DNA from: Macrostomum lignano
Lineage: Eukaryota
NCBI GenBank assembly: GCA_002269645.1
Contig: NIVC01000037.1
Span: 992,001-1,056,000, forward strand
Reading direction: 5' to 3'
DNA: 64,000 nt
The first letter of the stretch is position 1; each line of letters opens with the position of its first letter. Of the stretch, positions 39,209 to 50,194 are shown piece after piece. The position numbers and the translations under genes are program-made. The notes beneath the pieces are model-generated. The model was not told the origin of the DNA. It saw only the letters and a list, made by a program, of their open reading frames with translations, and did not search any database.

Positions 39209-39280
39209 ACCCCAGGAGGGACTCGAACCCTCAACCTCCGGATTAGAAGTCCGACGCGCTATCCATTGCGCCACTGGGGC
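39209..39280 (-). tRNA. tRNA-Arg(UCU), class A flank
   Basis: Perfect consensus cloverleaf. Confidence 0.92.
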
Positions 39281-41806
39281 TGTTGTTAATCCGTTCCCAT
39301 TGCAGTATTTGAGATTTAACTGTGAATTTCAGTGAGCTCACACAGCAGGTGTTTAAAGTGGAATGAGAGCCTTGGGATTGGAGAGAGGGAGAGCGTCACA
39401 GATCTGTGCTTACAGGTGATTGCCAAATGAACTGTGAATTATCAATAAAAAATATATTCATCCCCTCTTTTATCTACCTTTATTCTCTCTCCCCCTTCTC
39501 TTTCCAGTTCCCCTTTGCCTTTTCTCCCCTTCCTGTGTCTCATGTCTACCCCCTAATCTCTGTCCTGTGCTGTCTCATGTCTACCCTCTCCTCTCTCTCC
39601 TGTGCTGTCTCATGTCTACCCCCTACTCTCTGCCCTGTACTGTCTCATGTCTACCCCCTAATCTCTGCCCTGTGCTGTCTCATGTCTACCCTCTCCTCTC
39701 TGCTCTGTACTGTCTCATGTCTACCTTCTCCTCTCTGCCCTGTACTGTCTCATGTCTACCCTCTCCTCTCTGCTCTCTGCTGTCTCAAGTCTACCCTCTC
39801 CTCTCTGCTCTGTGCTGTCTCCTGTCTACCCTCTCCTCTCTGCCCTGTGCTGTCTCATGTCTACCCCCTCCTCTCTGCTCTGGGCTGTCTCATGTCTACC
39901 CTCTTCTCTCTGCCCTGTGCTGTCTCATGTCTACCCCCTCCTCTCTGCTCTGTGCTGTCTCATGTCTACCCTCTCCTCTCTGCTCTGGGCTGTCTCATGT
40001 CTACCCTCTCCTCTCTGCCCGGTGCTGTCTCATGTCTACCCTCTCCTCTCTGCTCGGTGCTGTCTCATGTCTACCCTCTCCTCTCTCTGCCTGCAACACA
40101 AAACCCAAAGATCCTTCACTCACCTCCCTCAGCCCCCTCACCCAATTCGAATCCCAAAGCTCCTCGGTCCCTGCAAGGCAACCCAAATCGCTCCGGTCAC
40201 TCCAGCCCCACCGGACCCACTCGCCTCTCGCCCTCGAGTTTCGCACTTCTGTGGGGCCGCCGCCCGGCAACCGACAGCCGAAGCGGTGCGGTCCGCTGTG
40301 CAGCAGCTGGAGACACCTGGGAGCAGCCCATGATGCAGCGAGATGCTCAGGCCGACTCAGCTCTCCAGGTGTTCGCACAGCCCAGTTCGAGTTGTGCCGA
40401 TTCGCTTGGCAACCAGCGGAGATGCCGAGCCGAACTGGGTGCGCCGGTTGCTGGGATGGGGCAGGGAGGCCTGCAGTCAGAGCCTGGGGTGCCAGCCCTT
40501 CTCCAAAGCCGCAATTCAGACACCAGCATGGACTGACTGCAGATTTAAGATGCGCGAGTTTGCAGTTGTTGCGACTTCGATTTTAGGGAATCTGCATTGG
40601 TTTTATAGCTGAATAAATTCTCGCATCTGGGTACGGCATTTTGTAATCAGAATCTTAAATCCATTAGAGCCCTTAATCTACTGTCTATCCTCTAACTCTC
40701 CCACTCTCAACTCTACCCTCTCCGCTCTCCCCTCTACCCTCTTCGCTCTCTCTACTCTCTCCACTCTCCACTCTACCCTCACCGCTCTACCCTCTACCTC
40801 TCTACTCTCCACTCTACCCTGACCGCTCTCTCTACCCTCTCCACTCTACCCTATAATCTCTCCACTCTACCCTCTTCGCTCTCCTCGCACTACTCTCCGC
40901 TCTAAGCTCCTCACTCTCCCGTCTACAGTCTCCGCTCTAAGCTCCTCACTCTCCCGTCTACAGTCTCCGCTCTACCCTCTACCCACATCTACCAGCAACT
41001 GTCTACTCTGCTCACATTTTCCGTCCCTTTTAATTTCCCGCGGCAGTCCGCGGGGAAGCGAGGCAGTGAGCGGCACAGCCTCAGTTGAAATGCGTGAATA
41101 AAGAGGGACAGGCATTTGCAGAATCGCTGCAGCTCAGTCAGTATACCGAATTTGGGGCGGAACTCCGGAGCCCCCACCACTCCAGCTGCTGTTGTTTTTG
41201 TAGTAATTCTGTTGGTCTTTCATCACCCAATTGTGATCAGCCTCCTTGGAATTTCGCACCTTGAAATGACTCGATGATGCATAACCAGCTTCCCACTCGC
41301 ATTTAAGCTGAATTCGGCCTCACAGCAGGGGATTCTGCGCTGATCCCCATTTCAAGTTTTGGTTCAAGTCGGTCCGAAAGTGTGTGAAAATGTGTGATGT
41401 TTGATGCAGTGTAGTCTATAGCTGCTGAGATGCCCATGGCTTGAGGAGTCTACGCCACCTTCAGAGTCCAACAATAGTGCCTAAGCGTACAAGGGGATTA
41501 AGATCGCCCGAAATGCTGCTCACACCTCTGCAGTGCAGCGGAGCACATTAACCGGCTGTGTTGGTCCTTAAAACTGCTGCCAATCTCGTGCCTACAGTTG
41601 CTCAGAGTCAGAGGTGTTACCGATTTCACACTTTCGACTCGTGACCAAATTATTGAGCATGTTTGAGTTGACTCCAGCTTAATTTCTTGAGTCTAATAGT
41701 GAAACAGCTGCTCAAGACTTTCTGCTACTCACCATTGAAGTCTCCGCTTTCAGCAGGCAAAGCAATTGAGAATTAAAGTTCAAAACTCGCTTCTTCGACT
41801 AACGAA

Positions 41807-41878
41807 GCCCCAGTGGCGCAATGGATAGCGCGTCGGACTTCTAATCCGGAGGTTGAGGGTTAGAGTCCCTCCTGGGGT
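41807..41878 (+). tRNA. tRNA-Arg(UCU), class B flank, with C56A in the T-loop/B-box (probably impaired)
   Basis: GGTTAGAGTCC replaces GGTTCGAGTCC. Confidence 0.8.
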
Positions 41879-42779
41879 ACTGAGTGCTACTTTTTTGCTT
41901 GTGAATTAAAGCATAACTCTGTTTTGTGAATAGTAGATTGTCGCGCCATCGCCATCCCACAGCCGAGTCTCACAGCTTGCAAACTCCCTGAGAAATCAAC
42001 AGGTAGGTATTAGCATGAGTTGCTGGGGCAATTATCAATAAATTTCCATCAATTCAATTCTAACTTCATTTCAATATATGATTTCTGTAGTGCTGCTATA
42101 AGTAGCTCATTGCGCACATCTTTTACTAATATGAATGCAAAGTAAAGAAAATGTGGAATTCTGATTTACAAATAGTTGATCAGTCTGTACAATGGCAGAA
42201 AATATTTCTGGCAGTTTTGTATTTTGTACATTGAAAAACGGGCTTTGACACGGAAGCGCCAGCAAAAGCAACAGTTGCAAAAGAAACAAGCAAAAGACAA
42301 AAACAAGAAAAGACAAAAACAAGCAAAAGACAAAAACAAGAAAAGACGAAAACAAGAAAAGACAAAACAAGCAAAATACAAAAACAAGCAAAATACAAAA
42401 ACAAGAAAAGACGAAAACAAGAAAAGACAAAACAAGCAAAATACAAAAACAAGCAAAATACAAAAACAAGCAAAAGACAAAAACAAGCAAAAGACCCGTA
42501 AGAAAGAGACAAAAAACAGGCAAAATACAAAAACAAGCAAAATACAAAAACAAGCAAAATACAAAAACAAGCAAAAGACAAAAACAATCAAAAGACAAAA
42601 ACAAGCAAAAGACAAAAACAATCAAAAGACAAAAACAATCAAAAGACAAAAACAAGCAAAAGACAAAAACAAGCAAAAGACAAAAACAAGCAAAAGACAA
42701 AAACAAGCAAAAGACAAAAACAAGCAAAAGACAAAAACAAGCAAAAGACAAAAACAAGCAAAAGACAAAAACAAGCAAC

Positions 42780-43628
42780 TCATGCTCGAGCTCGCCTGCA
42801 CACCAGGTTGTGCTTCCTGGCGCTGCCGGCCCGAATGAAGACCCTGCCACAGCTGCCGCAGCCGAAGGAGCGCCTGACACCGGCTAAGAGCAGCTGCTGG
42901 TTCACGTGACTGATCACGTGACGCTGCCGTTCTGACAGCTTCGGCGTCGGCCGAATCGGCCGCAGCGGCGGCAGCAGCACGGAGCAGTCGGCGCAGAGCT
43001 CGCAGTTCCCGTCGACGTCAACGTGGCGAGCGATGTGGCGCTGCAGCCGCGCCACGCTGGCCGCCACCGTCCCGGAGCAGCGAGGCAGCCAGAAGGTCAG
43101 GGAGCCGCGCTTTGAACCGCAGCTTCGCGGCGTCGGCGATGGCACCGGGAACGGCATCGGCGTTGACGCTGGCGGAGGCAGCTGGGATGTCGGAGGCATC
43201 GGCATTGTCGGAGGCATCGGCATTGTCGGAGACATCGGCATTGTCGGAGGCATCGGTATTGTCGGAGGCATCGGCATTGTCGGAGGCATCGGCATTGTCG
43301 GAGGCATCGGCATTGTCGGAGGCATCGGCATTGTCGGAGACATCGGGATTGTCGGAGACATCGGCATTGTCGGAGGCATCGGCATTGTCGGAGGCATTGG
43401 CATTGTCGGAGGCATCAGCATTGTCGGAGGCATTGGCATTGTCGGAGACATCGGCGTGGGGAAGAATCCGGACATCAACGAGGCCATCAGTGGTGATGAG
43501 CTCGATGGCTTCAAGAGGCATTGGGACGTCAGCGAGCAGTTCATTGAGCCCGTCGGCGAGGACGACAGCGAGGACATCTGCGGGGACCTCAGCGAGGCCA
43601 GCAGCGGTGATGAGCTTGGCGGCTGCAT
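42780..43628 (-). CDS. Three-zinc-finger protein, copy 3 (282 aa)
   Basis: Same zinc-finger region with an expanded 18-bp PTMPMP repeat; frame intact. Confidence 0.7.
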   Translation of the reverse strand: MQPPSSSPLLASLRSPQMSSLSSSPTGSMNCSLTSQCLLKPSSSSPLMASLMSGFFPTPMSPTMPMPPTMLMPPTMPMPPTMPMPPTMPMSPTIPMSPTMPMPPTMPMPPTMPMPPTMPMPPTIPMPPTMPMSPTMPMPPTMPMPPTSQLPPPASTPMPFPVPSPTPRSCGSKRGSLTFWLPRCSGTVAASVARLQRHIARHVDVDGNCELCADCSVLLPPLRPIRPTPKLSERQRHVISHVNQQLLLAGVRRSFGCGSCGRVFIRAGSARKHNLVCRRARA

Positions 43629-43974
43629 GACCGATTGTGCAGAGTTATTGACGAGCAGCAGTTGGATGGCAAGCGAATGCTTTGAGAGATTTGAGGCCAG
43701 CAGCGCAGGCTGGTTATATAGTCTTTGTCTCACTGAGCCCCGCCTCATCTCCCGCCAATGGGAAGCTGAGCTCGGTTAAGCTGGGCTATGATGGCCTCCT
43801 GTCATTGGCTGAGGCGGTCAATCACTCAGATATGTTGAGTTCATGCCATGTTGTCAAGAATCAAGATGCAGAGCTGACACTCGAATTTAAAGCCCTGCTT
43901 CGATTGCATCAAAATCAGTCAGTCAGTCTGAACCCTCTCTACCCTCCTCTGAACAATCTCAACATCTGCTAAGT

Positions 43975-44435
43975 CCTCTCCCTGCACTCCTGAGCCCTCT
44001 CCCTACTCTCCTGAGCCCTCTCCCTACTCTCCTGAGCCTTTTCCCTGCTCTCCTGAGCCCTCTCCCTGCTCTCCTGAGCCCTCTCCCTGCTCTCCTGAGC
44101 CCTCTCCCTGCTCTCCTGAGCCTTTTCCCTGCTCTCCTGAGCCTTCCCTGCTCTCCTGATCCCTCTCCCTGCTCTCCTGAGCCTTTTCCCTGCTCTCCTG
44201 ATCCCTCTCCCTGCTCTCCTGAGCCTTTTCCCTGCTCTCCTGATCCTCTCCCTGCTCTCCTGATTCTCCCTGCTCTCCTGAGCCTTTTCCCTGCTCCCTG
44301 CTCTGCTCTCCTGAGCCTTTTCCCTGCTCTCCTGATCCCTCTCCCTGCTCTCCTGAGCCTTTTCCCTGCTCTCCTGAGCCTTTTCCCTGCTCTCCTGAGC
44401 CTTTTCCCTGCTCTCCTGAGCCTTTTCCCTGCTCC
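43975..44435. repeat. 21-bp minisatellite CTCTCCTGAGCCCTCTCCCTG (also at 63720-64000)
   Basis: Directly visible. Confidence 0.9.
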
Positions 44436-44688
44436 AACCGGTTGTACCGGTAAATAATGTAAACAGTAGAGGTTTTGGAGATAAAGAGACTGAACGCAGC
44501 AGTCAGTGAGAAGTCAGCACGCACGGGCAGAGGTCTTGAAGGCGAAAGTGCCAGTGTGCAGAAGTGCCATGAGATAAGCAGAGGGAAGGCCATGGTAAGG
44601 CAGGCAGGCTTGTAGCAGACCAGCTTGTTTACAAACCAATTTTCTGCGCGAGAATAAAACTCGGATTTAAAATTTCAGCCACCAGGCA

Positions 44689-44760
44689 GCCCCAGTGGCG
44701 CAATGGATAGCGCGTCGGACTTCTAATCCGGAGGTTGAGGGTTCGAGTCCCTCCTGGGGT
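44689..44760 (+). tRNA. tRNA-Arg(UCU), class C flank
   Basis: Perfect consensus with a T5 terminator. Confidence 0.92.
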
Positions 44761-44862
44761 GTGTTATGTTAATTTTTGCACCAGATATATTATTACTAGC
44801 AATTATTTCCTCTTAATATTTTCAGTAAATTTTGTTAAGTGAGTAAGTCGGTGCATTCACGA

Positions 44863-45643
44863 GTGAGTTCATGAGTGAGTTCATGAGTGAGTTCATGAGT
44901 GAGTTCATGAGTGAGTTCATGAGTGAGTTCATGAGTGAGTTCATGAGTGAGTTCATGAGTGAGTTCATGAGTGAGTTCATGAGTGAGTTCATGAGTGAGT
45001 TCATGAGTGAGTTCATGAGTGAGTTCATGAGTGAGTTCATGAGTGAGTTCATGAGTGAGTTCATGAGTGAGTTCATGAGTGAGTTCATGAGTGAGTTCAT
45101 GAGTGAGTTCATGAGTGAGTTCATGAGTGAGTTCATGAGTGAGTTCATGAGTGAGTTCATGAGTGAGTTCATGAGTGAGTTCATGAGTGAGTTCATGAGT
45201 GAGTTCATGAGTGAGTTCATGAGTGAGTTCATGAGTGAGTTCATGAGTGAGTTCATGAGTGAGTTCATGAGTGAGTTCATGAGTGAGTTCATGAGTGAGT
45301 TCATGAGTGAGTTCATGAGTGAGTTCATGAGTGAGTTCATGAGTGAGTTCATGAGTGAGTTCATGAGTGAGTTCATGAGTGAGTTCATGAGTGAGTTCAT
45401 GAGTGAGTTCATGAGTGAGTTCATGAGTGAGTTCATGAGTGAGTTCATGAGTGAGTTCATGAGTGAGTTCATGAGTGAGTTCATGAGTGAGTTCATGAGT
45501 GAGTTCATGAGTGAGTTCATGAGTGAGTTCATGAGTGAGTTCATGAGTGAGTTCATGAGTGAGTTCATGAGTGAGTTCATGAGTGAGTTCATGAGTGAGT
45601 TCATGAGTGAGTTCATGAGTGAGTTCATGAGTGAGTTCATGAG
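44863..45643. repeat. 12-bp array (ATGAGTGAGTTC)n; short versions at 18540, 22334, 30530 and 46574
   Basis: About 65 perfect units. Confidence 0.97.
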
Positions 45644-46573
45644 TAGGGATTCCAATCCCGGGATCCCGGGATCCCGGGATCCCGGGATTGGGGCCAAAAA
45701 TCCGGGATTTGAATCCCGGGATTTTTTTGGGAATCGAATCCCGGGATTTTTAATCCCGGGATTGCAAAAGTCCGGGATCGGGATCCCGGGATTTCAAGGC
45801 CTTAATCCCGGGATTGGTCCGGGATTAGAACAACCTTTCAATGCCTAAATTAGATAATTTAAAGTCTAAACGTTTATTTGAATAATAAAACATTTATTTG
45901 TTTTTGCTGTTTCTCAATGAAACGTTAAACATTTGCAAAGCTCCTGTCCTAATTGATCTAAAAATTGTTAATGTGAACTGTAAATGATAGATAATTTTAA
46001 CTTTTTTCGTTTTCCACCACGAGACGAGACTGAGGGCCTTTTCATAGTGCTTGTTCTGGTTCCAGAAGCAGAACCAATTTGTGAAGTATAACTTTTTGTC
46101 TCCATAACTATAGGGAGATACGTGCTATAAAGTTTTTATTATTGAATGACAGTCGCCAAAAAGAAAGTGAAAAATCGTGCAAAGTGAGGCTGTTAAGGCA
46201 GTCAAATATTAACAGAGTTTAATAGTTATACTGCTGTTTTTCTTGGAATTCCGAACCGATTCTGGTTCTGGAATTGGTAACATGAAAAGGCCCTGAGACT
46301 CTGAGAGTCGCGAGACCATGACTACTGCACGCGGCACGCCGCACAGTCCGTCTTAGGATTCCAATCCCGGGATCCCGGGATCCCGGGATTGGGGCCAAAA
46401 ATCCGGGATTTGAATCCCGGGATTTTTTTGGGAATCGAATCCCGGGATTTTTAATCCCGGGATTGCAAAAGCACCGGGATTCCGGGATTTTGAATCCCGG
46501 GATTTCAACAGCATCGGGATTTCGGGACTATTCAATCCCGGGATTGTAAAATGTCGGGATTTTGGAATCCCTA
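45644..46573. mobile_element. Non-autonomous hAT-type element (MITE) with a duplicated left end
   Basis: TIRs TAGGGATTCCA/TGGAATCCCTA, exact 8-bp TSD TTCATGAG, and many subterminal ATCCCGGGAT motifs. A second left-end copy starts at 46354. Confidence 0.85.
46034..46293. mobile_element. PIF/Harbinger (Tourist-like) MITE nested in the hAT element
   Basis: 12-bp TIRs GGGCCTTTTCAT/ATGAAAAGGCCC flanked by a 3-bp TGA duplication. Confidence 0.65.
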
Positions 46574-47564
46574 TTCATGAGTGAGTTCATGGGTGAGTTC
46601 TTGAGTGAGTTTATGAGTGAGTTCGTGAGTCACTAAGCGAGTAAGCGATTTCCGCTCTTCCCTCTACCCTCTCCACCTTAGACTCTACTCTCTGCTATCC
46701 ACTTTACCCTCTACCCTCTCCACCTTAGACTCTACTCTCTGCTATCCACTTTACCCTCTACCCTCTACCTCGATCATAACTCCACCATCCACCATCTGAC
46801 CTCCGAAATCCGCCCCTTTGCCCATCCGCTCATTCCTTGAAGATTCCGCTGAACTCCTCCTCGCCCCCAGAGCCTCAGCTCAGCCCCCTCACCCAACTCG
46901 AATCCCAAACGTCCTCGGGCCCGGCATGGCAACTCGGATCGCTCGAGTCGCTCCAGCAGCCGCAGCCACCTGGGCTGGCCGGGCTCGAAAACCGCTCGGA
47001 AACCGCTTGGCAACGGACAGCTGTCTCCGGCTGCAGCCATCGGCCTCTCCAGGCCGTCGAGCTTTCGAATCGGTTCGAAAATCTCAGAGCTGCCTTAGCA
47101 ACCACCGCAGGCGCACCTGTGGAGTCTCAACTCGACAGGCTCTAAAATTCAGACTAAGCCTAAGATTCGGCCGACAAGCTGGGCAGCGCAGGCCGCCCTG
47201 AGCCCCAGGGCTTTCTGAGAGAGAAAGCAGAATTTTGTTTTATTGTTTTTTGAATGGAATAAGCTTGCGGGTTGATTTTTGTTATTATTCTTTTAAAAGT
47301 CATGCAGAATAGCAAAAATGTTGTGTTTATCCAACTGTGAAAAATGAATTGAAATTGCGGATAGACAACTACAGGGCTGAGTAATTAGTGTAGCTGGGCT
47401 GCAGGGTGGCGCATGGACTGCAGGTGGCTGCAGGTGGCGCATGGACTGCAGGTGGCTGCAGGTGGCGCATGGATTTTCAAATTGACTGCTTCTAATCCAC
47501 CAGATATCAATTTGCTTCAGCTGCTCTGGCTGCGCTTTGCGCTTGTTATAAGACTTACAGCTTC

Positions 47565-49495
47565 AGGTTCAGAATCAGGCTCAGGTTCAGGCTCAGGTCA
47601 TTCAGATTGAGATCCAGGTCATTCAGATTGAGGTTCAGGTCATTCAGATTGAGGTTCAGGTCATTCAGATTGAGGTTCAGGTCATTCAGATTGAGGTTCA
47701 GGTCATTCAGATTGAGGTTCAGGACATTCAGATTGAGGTTCAGGTCATTCAGATTGAGGTTCGGGTCATTCAGATTGAGGTTCAGGTCATTCAGATTGAG
47801 GTTCAGGTCATTCAGATTGAGGTTCAGGTCATTCAGATTGAGGTTCAGGTCATTCAGATTGAGGTTCAGGTCATTCAGATTGAGGTTCAGGTCATTCAGA
47901 TTGAGGTTTAGGTCATTCAGATTGAGGTTCACGCCATTCAGACTCAGGCTCAGGTTCATGCTCAGGTCATTCAGATTGAGGTTCAGGTCATTCAGATTGA
48001 GGTTTAGGTCATTCAGATTGAGGTTCACGCCATTCAGACTCAGGCTCAGGTTCATGCTCAGGTCATTCAGATTGAGGTTCAGGTCATTCAGATTGAGGTT
48101 TAGGTCATTCAGATTGAGGTTCACGCCATTCAGACTCAGGCTCAGGTTCATGCTCAGGTCATTCAGATTGAGGTTCAGGTCATTCAGATTGAGGTTCAAG
48201 CCATTTAGACTCAGGCTCAGGTTCATGCTCAGGTCATTCAGATTGAGGTTCAGGTCATTCAGATTGAGGTTCAGGTCATTCAGATTGAGGTTCAGGCCAT
48301 TCAGACTCAGGCTCAGGTTCATGCTCAGGTCATTCAGATTGAGGTTCAGGTCATTCAGATTAAGGTTCAGGTCATTCAGATTGAGATTCAGGTAATTTAG
48401 ATTGAGGTTCAGGTTCATGCTCAGGTCATTCAGATTGAGGTTCAGGTTATTCAGATTGAGGTTCAGGTCATTCAGATTGAGGTTCAGGTCATTCAGATTG
48501 AGGTTCAGGTCATTCAGATTGAGGTTCAGGTCATTCAGATTGAGGTTCAGGTCATTCAGATTGAGGTTCAGGTCATTCAGATTGAGGTTCGGGTCATTCA
48601 GATTGAGGTTCAGGTCGTTCAGATTCAGCTTCAGCTTCAGGTCGTTCAGATTGAGGTTCAGGTCATTCAGATTGAGGTTCAGGTCATTCAGATTGAGGTT
48701 CAGGTCATTCAGATTGAGGTTCAGGTCATTCAGATTGAGGTTCAGGTCATTCAGATTGAGGTTCAGGTCATTCAGATTGAGGTTCGGGTCATTCAGATTG
48801 AGGTTCAGGTCGTTCAGATTCAGCTTCAGCTTCAGGTCGTTCAGATTGAGGTTCAGGTCATTCCGATTGAGGTTCAGGTCATTCAGATTGAGGTTCAGGT
48901 CATTCAGATTGAGGTTCAGGTCATTCAGAATCAGGCTCAGGTTCAGGCTCAGGTCATTCAGATTGAGGTTCAGGTCATTCAGATTGAGGTTCACGCCATT
49001 CAGAATCAGGCTCAGGTTCATGCTCAGGTCATTCCGATTGAGGTTCAGGTCATTCAGATTGAGGTTCAGGTTATTCAGATTGAGGTTCAGGTGATTCAGA
49101 TTGAGGTTCAGGTCATTCAGATTGAGGTTCAGGTCATTCAGATTGAGGTTCAGGTCATTCAGATTGAGGTTCCGGTCGTTCAGATTCAGCTTCAGCTTCA
49201 GGTCGTTCAGATTGAGGTTCAGGTCATTCAGATTGAGGTTCAGGTCATTCAGATTGAGGTTCAGGTCATTCAGAATCAGGCTCAGGTTCAGGCTCAGGTC
49301 ATTCCGATTGAGGTTCAGGTCATTCAGATTGAGGTTCAGGCCATTCGGAATCAGGCTCAGGTTCATGCTCAGGTCATTCAGAATCAGGCTCAGGCTCAGG
49401 TCATTCAGAATCAGGCTCAGGCTCAGGCTCAGGTCATTCAGAATCAGGCTCAGGCTCAGGCTCAGGTCATTCAGATTGAGGCTCAGGTTATTCAG
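47565..49495. repeat. 21-bp satellite CAGGTCATTCAGATTGAGGTT with higher-order blocks
   Basis: Directly visible. Confidence 0.95.
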
Positions 49496-50194
49496 GGTTA
49501 TTTTTGTAAAACCGCCCCCTCGTTACCTCTGGCATCCACACAATTTGCCTCTAATCCTCTCTGACAACCCCACAATCTGCCCCTAATCCACTTTGACGCC
49601 CAAAATCTGTCCCTGAAGTCACCAGCCGCCCCTGACAAGTCTCCAGCCGCCCCTGACAAGTCTCCAGCCGCCTCTGACAAGTCTCCAGCCGCCCCCCAGC
49701 CGCCCCGGACATGTCTCCAGCCGCCTCTGACAAGTCTCCAGCCGCCTCTGACAAGTCTCCAGTCACTCGACTTCTTCTCTTGGAAACCAACTCTTTTCTG
49801 CTGCAGCAAAGTTGATAGACTAAGAGGGGAATGCAACAGGGGAAAACGGATGAAGGGGAACTTGGGGAGGGGAACTGAGGGAGGGGAACTGGGGGAGGGA
49901 ACTCGGGGAGGGGAACAGGGGAGGGGAACTGGGGAGGGGAACTGGGGAGGGGGCGTAGACGATGAGATCCCGCATGTATAACAATGGCCCTGAACTAAAG
50001 CCTACATGCTGAGAGGCGGGGCGAGCAAATATATGTACAAAAAATTTGCCTCACCATCAGAGCAGCCCAGCATGCATGAGATTTAACTGAGGGAACTGGG
50101 GGAGGGAATTCGTATATATGAGTCTGAGACTTCAAGTTTCTACATCCGCGCTAAGTCCGTTTGTTCTCTTTTCTAAACCTTTCGTTTAAGACTC

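Larger units (their letters stand above)
35760..44435. repeat. Segmental duplication, paralogous to ~55900-64000 (offset about 20 kb)
   Basis: Same module order (nanos, 23-mer, 19-mer, tRNA A, Sat35, X, W, tRNA B, 17-mer, ZF gene, 21-mer) and shared private variants such as tRNA C56A. Confidence 0.92.

Noticed and set aside
44863-45643. GTGAGT (U1-site) density in the 12-mer and (GTGA)n arrays as a functional signal
   Set aside because: There is no evidence of transcription, and the motif arises trivially in these repeats.
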